Positions 17,378 through 22,669 of a stretch of DNA of 22,669 nt are shown here, one piece after another (within the stretch, counting starts at the first letter, position 1; every line of letters begins with the position of its first letter). The stretch is from Cyanobacteria bacterium J06626_4 (GTDB taxonomy: Bacteria > Cyanobacteriota > Cyanobacteriia > Phormidesmidales > Phormidesmidaceae): contig JBCBJQ010000096.1 of the NCBI GenBank assembly GCA_038523235.1, positions 1-22,669 of the forward strand, in the 5' to 3' direction. Below the pieces are notes generated by a model that saw nothing but the letters and a program-made list of their open reading frames with translations, searched no databases and had not been told where the DNA came from. The position numbers were made by a program, and so were the translations under genes.

Positions 17378-17878
17378 CTAAGCGCTAGCAGTGGCCTCGA
17401 TATTTTGCACAATGAGTACAGAACAGCTGGCGTGGTGCATCACATAGTTACTGACGCTGCCCAGCAGGATCTCTTGAATGCCTGAGCGTTGATGACGCCC
17501 CAGCACAATGACATCGGCTGACCAGTCTTTGGCGACGCGACAAATTTGCCGTCCGGCATCGCCGACGGCTTGCGACCACTCAGCGGTCAACCCCTGGGCT
17601 TGTAGCTGGTTGACCTGCTCTCCCAGCGATTGCTGATTTTGCTGCCGCCACCCTTGCCACTGCTCTAGATAAAGCCGAAAGGCTTCGACCTTCGCCGTAA
17701 CGTTGATGCCGTCGGCGGTGACATAGCCGGTATCAGGCAGTCCCGCCTCCGCCGGCAATAAAACATGGAGCAAATTCAGGACGCCGTGATCGGCCGCCGC
17801 GATCGCGGTGGCCTCCGATAGCACCTTTTGATTAAGCGGGTCTTCTTCGCCGAAGGCCACTAGAATCTTGCCGTACAT
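17378..17878 (-). CDS. Universal stress protein (Usp)
   Basis: KILVA start, ADVIVLGRHQRSG...LLGSVSNYVMHHASCSVLIV. GGAGG RBS; 16 bp downstream of the aminotransferase, so a likely operon. Confidence 0.93.
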   Translation of the reverse strand: MYGKILVAFGEEDPLNQKVLSEATAIAAADHGVLNLLHVLLPAEAGLPDTGYVTADGINVTAKVEAFRLYLEQWQGWRQQNQQSLGEQVNQLQAQGLTAEWSQAVGDAGRQICRVAKDWSADVIVLGRHQRSGIQEILLGSVSNYVMHHASCSVLIVQNIEATASA

Positions 17879-17894
17879 CGCTACCTCCTGGCGC

Positions 17895-19064
17895 TTACTT
17901 TAGCTCATGCAGAACTTTATCCAAGGTCGTCAGCAGGGTTTCAACCCGGTCAGGGTGGCTGTTAGCCCCCATCAAGCCGACACGCCAGACCTGGCCGGCG
18001 AGCTCCCCTAAGCCGCCGCCAATTTCGATGTTGTGATCGTGCAATAAGGTGCGAATCACGGCTTTCGCATCAATGCCCGCTGGCACCTTGACGGTGGTCA
18101 GGGTGGGGAGTCGATAGTCGCGCTCAACGTGACAGGCTAGGCCCAGCGATTCGAGTCCGGCCCAAAAGGTTTCTGCCGTGGTTTGGTGCCTTTGCCAGCG
18201 GGCCTCCAGCCCCTCTTCGGCCAGCAGACGCAGCGCTTCCCGCAGGGCAAACGTCAGATTGACTGGCGCGGTGTGATGGTAAACGCGATCGCGGCCCCAA
18301 TAGCGGCGCAGCAGCCCAGCATCTAAGTACCAATTGGCGACTGGGGTTTGACGCCGCTCCATTTTGGCGATCGCCCGAGGCCCCATGGTGAAGGGCGAAA
18401 TGCCGGGGGGGCAGCTCAATCCTTTTTGGCTGCAGCTATAGGCCAAATCCACCTGCCACTGGTCGAGCCAGATGGGGACGCCCCCTAGACTGGTGACCGT
18501 ATCCGCAATCAGTAAACAGTCAAATTCTCGACATAATTCGCCGATGCCTTCAAGGGGTTGTCGCGCCCCGGTCGAAGTTTCGGCATGGACGAGGGCAAGC
18601 ACCACTGGCCGATGCTGTTCCAGCGCGGCTCGCACTTCCGTCAGTGAAAAAACCTGACCCCAGGGTTTTTGCATTGTGCGCACGTCGGCCCCATAGCGGC
18701 CGGCCATATCGACTAAGCGATGCCCAAAATAACCCATGATGCCCACCAGTACGCGATCTCCGGGTTCAACCACGTTGGCTAACGTCGCCTCCATCGCGGC
18801 GGAACCGGTACCGGCCACGGCATAGGTCAGCTCATTCTCGGTTTGCCAGGTATAGCGCAAGAGCGTCTGCACCTCGTCCATCATTTGCAAATAAGCTGGG
18901 TCGAGGTGGCCGATGGGCTGGCAGTTCATCGCGGCGACTACCGAGGGCTCGACATTAGACGGCCCCGGCCCCAGCAGTAGCCGAGCGGGCACCGCTAGGG
19001 GAGCCAGTGAGGGCGGTGAGGCCGGACTCACGGTAGGGCGATGGAGGGGGCGGGTCGATGTCAT
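17895..19064 (-). CDS. Alanine-glyoxylate/serine-pyruvate aminotransferase family (class V PLP enzyme)
   Basis: LLLGPGPS, GTGSAAME, VHAETSTG, DTVTSLGG, PLP lysine in SQKGLSCPPG, YHHT and WRVGLMG. Confidence 0.95.
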   Translation of the reverse strand: MTSTRPLHRPTVSPASPPSLAPLAVPARLLLGPGPSNVEPSVVAAMNCQPIGHLDPAYLQMMDEVQTLLRYTWQTENELTYAVAGTGSAAMEATLANVVEPGDRVLVGIMGYFGHRLVDMAGRYGADVRTMQKPWGQVFSLTEVRAALEQHRPVVLALVHAETSTGARQPLEGIGELCREFDCLLIADTVTSLGGVPIWLDQWQVDLAYSCSQKGLSCPPGISPFTMGPRAIAKMERRQTPVANWYLDAGLLRRYWGRDRVYHHTAPVNLTFALREALRLLAEEGLEARWQRHQTTAETFWAGLESLGLACHVERDYRLPTLTTVKVPAGIDAKAVIRTLLHDHNIEIGGGLGELAGQVWRVGLMGANSHPDRVETLLTTLDKVLHELK

Positions 19065-19186
19065 GGCCTTCAACAATTGAGAGTGGTCTTTTATAATTCT
19101 CTATTGTCGGCTGGGACTGGGGCGATCGTGCAGGAGCCTGGCAGATGTTTGCTTAAAGTAACGATTGCCAGAGTAACCGGATCCCG

Positions 19187-19903
19187 ATGGTTTGTATTAC
19201 TGAGATTCAAATGGGCGCAGAATACCGCTGCGTTGCCAACCTCAATTTATATGGTTCTGAAGCCTGCCAGGGGCTGGTGACTCAAGCGCTAGCCGGTCGG
19301 CAACTGCGGCTCATCCACAAGCCCAAGTCGCCCCTGGCGAAGGCGATTCAGGTCTGCCTCTGTGAAGACGATTATGCCGGTTGGTTACCCGCTGCCTCGG
19401 TGGCAGCGTTAGCGTTGGCCCCGCAGCCCTATCAGCCCCCCACCCCCACCGCTCAAACCATTGCAGCGGCGCTACCGGCTGTGATGCGGTTTGCTTACAA
19501 CGCTACCATTCCGCCGAATACGTACTTATGGGGGGGCACGGTGGGGCCTGACTTTGACTGCTCTGGACTGGTACAGACAGCCTTTGCCTCAGCGGGCATC
19601 AGGCTGCCGCGAGATTCTTATCAGCAGCAAGATTTTACCGAGCCGGTGGCTGGGGGAGCGCTACAGCCAGGCGATTTGCTATTTTTTGGGGCGGGCGATC
19701 GCACGACTCATGTGGCGCTCTACGTCGGTCAGGGCAACTATCTGCACAGTTCGGGGCGCGATCACGGCAGAAACGGCGTTGGCATCGACTCAATTGTGAA
19801 TTTGCACGATCCGATCAGCTATTTTTATTATCGTCAGCTTCGCGGGGCCGGGCGGGTCACCCGCAGTTATCAGCCGCTTGGACAGCCTATGCCTTGCCGC
19901 TGA
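19187..19903 (+). CDS. NlpC/P60 (C40) peptidoglycan peptidase
   Basis: YLWGG...FDCSG catalytic Cys, LPRDS, PGDLLFF, THVALY His and YLHSS. The N-terminal region (DDYAGW) is SH3b-like. No signal peptide; alternative start at 19211. Confidence 0.92.
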   Translation: MVCITEIQMGAEYRCVANLNLYGSEACQGLVTQALAGRQLRLIHKPKSPLAKAIQVCLCEDDYAGWLPAASVAALALAPQPYQPPTPTAQTIAAALPAVMRFAYNATIPPNTYLWGGTVGPDFDCSGLVQTAFASAGIRLPRDSYQQQDFTEPVAGGALQPGDLLFFGAGDRTTHVALYVGQGNYLHSSGRDHGRNGVGIDSIVNLHDPISYFYYRQLRGAGRVTRSYQPLGQPMPCR

Positions 19904-20114
19904 TGGCCGGGCTGGCGACTTCCGCAATTGCTCCGCATGAGTAGGGCAACATGAGCTGAGAAACCATCAGTTAGCGGCTCAATATCGGTCCTACACTGGT
20001 TGCCACCCCGAGCTGGCTTGGTGGCGCGAGCGCGGTAAAGCTGGTCTCACCACGGCCTGGCAATTTACCGATGACGCACCCTAGAATAGCGGTCACCGCC
20101 TCAGGAAACAGTCT

Positions 20115-21125
20115 GTGAATATATCGTCGGTCAAACCCCTGCTCAAGCGTGTAAAGCCTTATCTGCGATGGTTTGTGTTGGCATTAACTTTGGGATTTGT
20201 GCTGCATACCCTGCGCCAGAACTGGCAACAGGTCTTGTCACTCCGGTTGGCGCCCTATGCGATCGCGCAACTGTTGTTGGCTTTGGGGATCACGCTGTTG
20301 GCCCACATTTGGTCGGGGTGGGTGTGGTATTGGATTTTGCGGCTATTGGCGGCACCGATCCCCAGAGAAGGGGCGATCATTGCCTATTTGAAGACCAACC
20401 TCGGCAAATATCTGCCCGGTAATGTCTGGCATTTTGTCGGGCGCATTCAATTTTTAAGGGCCGCTGACACGTCTACGGGTACGGCGATTACCGGCGTAAT
20501 CTTGGAACCGTTATTGATGGCCGTGGCAGCGCTCGCGATCACCATGGTGAGCTTGCCCACTAATTGGCTACAGGGCGTGATTTTGGTTGGCGTCCTCGTG
20601 GCCATTCACCCCCGCGTTTTGAACCCGGTGCTGCGGTGGTTAGCGCAGGCCAAAATCAAACAGACTGAGATCCAGCCGACCGCTGCCGAGGCGGAAACTA
20701 ACATTCCTGAACTCAAGCGCTATCCCCTCTGGCCGCTCTTGGGCGAGATTGGCTTTGTCGTTTTTCGCGGCATCGGATTTCTACTGTGTTTTTTAGCGCT
20801 CGGTTCCCTTGGGCTGACCGATATCTGGCGAATTTTGGGCGCGTTTAGCCTAGCCTGGCTGCTCGGTCTGGTGGTGCCTGGTGCCCCCAGTGGTTTGGGC
20901 GTTTTTGAAGCAACCGTGCTCACCGTCTTGACCCCCACGTTTCCGGCGGCGATCGTGCTGGGGGCTGTGGCTCTTTACCGGCTCAACAGTACCCTGGCCG
21001 AGGTGCTGGGCGCCGGGGTGGCTGTGCTCGACGAACGGTGGAATTTAGCGATCGCGGCCACTGCCGCAGACTCTGCAGCATCGACCAACGCTACCTTGCC
21101 CCAGTTGCCTCCCGGAAATGAATAG
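20115..21125 (+). CDS. Lysylphosphatidylglycerol synthase TM-domain (UPF0104/flippase-like) membrane protein
   Basis: Multiple TM helices with KYLPGNVW, PGAPSGLGVFE and LYR motifs; GTG start with upstream AGGA. Confidence 0.85.
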   Translation: MNISSVKPLLKRVKPYLRWFVLALTLGFVLHTLRQNWQQVLSLRLAPYAIAQLLLALGITLLAHIWSGWVWYWILRLLAAPIPREGAIIAYLKTNLGKYLPGNVWHFVGRIQFLRAADTSTGTAITGVILEPLLMAVAALAITMVSLPTNWLQGVILVGVLVAIHPRVLNPVLRWLAQAKIKQTEIQPTAAEAETNIPELKRYPLWPLLGEIGFVVFRGIGFLLCFLALGSLGLTDIWRILGAFSLAWLLGLVVPGAPSGLGVFEATVLTVLTPTFPAAIVLGAVALYRLNSTLAEVLGAGVAVLDERWNLAIAATAADSAASTNATLPQLPPGNE

Positions 21126-21204
21126 TTTTATTGCTCCGGGCTCCCTTGCTCTAGGTGAAGAAAGCGCAGATGTGATAAGTAGGTCGCCATAAATAAACAT
21201 TGCT

Positions 21205-21284
21205 GTAGGGTGCGTTGTGGTGACAGCCCAACACACCGCCAGGGCGGTCCTGGGTGCGTCATGCTACGCGATGACACACCCTAC
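21205..21284. repeat. Inverted doublet of GTAG-type REP-like palindromes (REPIN-like)
   Basis: Plus strand 21205-21237 reads GTAG-GGTGCGTTG-N11-CAACACACC. Minus strand 21284-21253 reads GTAG-GGTGTGTCAT-N8-ATGACGCACC. A central CCAGG/CCTGG hairpin lies between them. Confidence 0.7.
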
Positions 21285-21337
21285 GATAATTAGGGCTTTC
21301 TACTTATGAGGGATGCCGTGAGCAACCGGGGCGCAGG

Positions 21338-22294
21338 CTATCGAAGCGGATAAGCTGCGAGCTGCATAATCATGCCTTCGCGCGCTAATCGTAGCTGTGG
21401 GCAACGATTGTGAATTTCCATCTCAACATGATCTAGATAATCGTCATCATGAAGCGGATTATGGTGAAACAGTACCATTTCTTTGACTTGAGTCTTTTCG
21501 GCGATCTCGATGTTTTGGTCACAGGGCATCGCGGCATCGCGTTCGACATCTAGATCGACCGTTTCTGAATAAGCGCCGCCATAAATGAGCAAATCGGCCC
21601 CCTGAGACAGATAGAGCAAGTTGGGGTCAGGGCCAGCAGCGGTGGTATTGCTATCGGTGGCGTAGACCAACGACTTTCCTTGGTAAGTGATGCGGAAGCC
21701 CAGCGCACTGGTATGCGAATTCAGCGTGACGGTTTCAATCGTGGCTCCATTCTCCAGCGTCATAATGTTGCCAGCGATCATCGTATGAAACGACATCGTC
21801 GCCGACATTTTTTGAAGCGGCGTAAAAAAGTTAGGCCGCAGCATTTGGTCGGTTAGCCGCTGTTTGATCGAAGCGCCGTTCGCCGCCGTTGCGCCATAAA
21901 TATCGAACTGATTGCCAGGAATGAAGGCCGGTCCAAAAAAGGGAAATCCTTGAATGCGGTCCCAATGGGTATGAGTAAAGAGGATTTGAGCGGTCACGGG
22001 GTGGTCTTGCTGCTGCAAATGCTTGCCCAAAACCCGTAGCCCCGTACCACCGTCAAAAATGATGCGATGCTGACCCAACAAAACTTCAACACAGGCGGTA
22101 TTGCCGCCATATCGCACAGTGTCGGCACCAGGGGTCGGCACACTGCCCCGCACCCCCCAAAACTGCACAGTAAACCCTTGGGATGAGTCAGACGATGACA
22201 CCGCTGAAAGACCTCCATGAATTGAAGGGTTTGAGGGATGTTGAGTCAGCATAGAAGCTTCTGCATCTGGCATGGGACGATTAGCGGTCATCAA
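21338..22294 (-). CDS. Metallo-beta-lactamase-fold protein (RNase Z/phosphodiesterase-like) with degenerate metal-binding motifs
   Basis: FWGVRGSVPTPG, YGGNTACVE, FDGGTG, THTHWDRIQGFPFF, YATD and LFHHNP. Exact start uncertain (22294, 22291, 22273 or 22252). Confidence 0.88.
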   Translation of the reverse strand: MMTANRPMPDAEASMLTQHPSNPSIHGGLSAVSSSDSSQGFTVQFWGVRGSVPTPGADTVRYGGNTACVEVLLGQHRIIFDGGTGLRVLGKHLQQQDHPVTAQILFTHTHWDRIQGFPFFGPAFIPGNQFDIYGATAANGASIKQRLTDQMLRPNFFTPLQKMSATMSFHTMIAGNIMTLENGATIETVTLNSHTSALGFRITYQGKSLVYATDSNTTAAGPDPNLLYLSQGADLLIYGGAYSETVDLDVERDAAMPCDQNIEIAEKTQVKEMVLFHHNPLHDDDYLDHVEMEIHNRCPQLRLAREGMIMQLAAYPLR

Positions 22295-22582
22295 TCGTAC
22301 TTATCGATTTTAATAAATGGTAAAGGTCCACCAGCGGTGGAATTCAATTAGCTATTGCTATATATTCTGATGGATTTAAATATCCTCAGGAAGTTTTAGT
22401 AGTTTTTATAACTTAAGGGCAAATCTGCCTCTAGAAAAGTGACTGACAGCCAATCAGGTAGTTGGCACAGGGGCTGTAGCGTGTGAGCAGGACAATGGCT
22501 GAACCTGATCAAAATCGCTAGAAGCACCTCTCCTGCTTACAGTACCCATCCCCACTACCTGAATGAACCTACCCGGCAAGGG

Positions 22583-22669
22583 TTATTTCACGGCTTCGAT
22601 ACATTGCTGAACAAGGTCACGGAAATTCTCGGCTGGCAAAATGTCGACAAGGTTAAACCGCTTGTTCAG
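22583..22669 (-). CDS. 3' end of a gene entering from beyond the window (partial, unknown product)
   Basis: Open minus-strand frame from the window edge: LNKRFNLVDILPAENFRDLVQQCIEAVK-stop (TAA 22585-22583). Amphipathic and protein-like, but only 28 codons. Confidence 0.5.
   Translation of the reverse strand: MNKRFNLVDILPAENFRDLVQQCIEAVK

Larger units (their letters stand above)
458..21055. repeat. Dispersed HIP1 octamer GCGATCGC
   Basis: 27 copies counted by eye (e.g. 458, 1325, 1921, 2854, 3167, 3936, 5054, 6354, 7713, 9434, 9756, 12045, 15161, 17272, 19695, 21048), versus fewer than 1 expected by chance. A cyanobacterial hallmark. Confidence 0.95.

Noticed and set aside
3403..19064. A carbon-concentrating/photorespiration cluster (ccmK3/K4, aldehyde dehydrogenase, aminotransferase) or a new metabolosome
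   Set aside because: The BMC genes are canonical CcmK3/K4. The enzymes lie 8-14 kb away in separate transcription units, the aldehyde dehydrogenase is ALDH3-type rather than acylating, and there are no BMC-T or BMC-P genes.
8819..22294. Cyclase plus MBL protein as a Pycsar/CBASS-like or cAMP synthesis/degradation system
   Set aside because: The genes are about 11 kb apart with unrelated housekeeping genes between them. The cyclase has ATP-type specificity residues, and there is no adjacent cNMP-binding or TM effector.

Overview
Cyanobacterial chromosomal segment. The evidence is 27 hand-counted HIP1 octamers (GCGATCGC), a beta-carboxysome ccmK3/ccmK4 satellite locus, chlD and pentapeptide-repeat genes. 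It is mostly ordinary housekeeping and signalling DNA. In order: SLH lipoprotein, nucleoside hydrolase, hypothetical protein, ccmK3, ccmK4, duplicated-domain hypothetical protein, chlD, pentapeptide pseudogene, class III adenylate cyclase, pentapeptide protein, SAM methyltransferase, aldehyde dehydrogenase, orphan histidine kinase, rhomboid protease, hypothetical protein, universal stress protein, alanine-glyoxylate aminotransferase, NlpC/P60 peptidase, UPF0104-type membrane protein, MBL-fold protein, and the 3' end of a further gene. I found no CRISPR array, rRNA/tRNA, intact transposase, prophage or defence operon, and I cannot support a complete new multi-gene system. The best leads are five. 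(i) An intact adenylate cyclase carries three copies of an ~90-aa helical domain I do not recognise. (ii) The MBL-fold protein has lost most canonical metal ligands. (iii) A pentapeptide pseudogene absent from the ORF track carries an ~99-bp foreign insert with IS-end-like duplicated motifs. (iv) A GTAG-type REP doublet (REPIN-like) lies between convergent genes. (v) An HLR1/RpaB-like site lies upstream of a two-domain hypothetical gene divergent from chlD. All assignments come from motif reading and recall; no searches were run.
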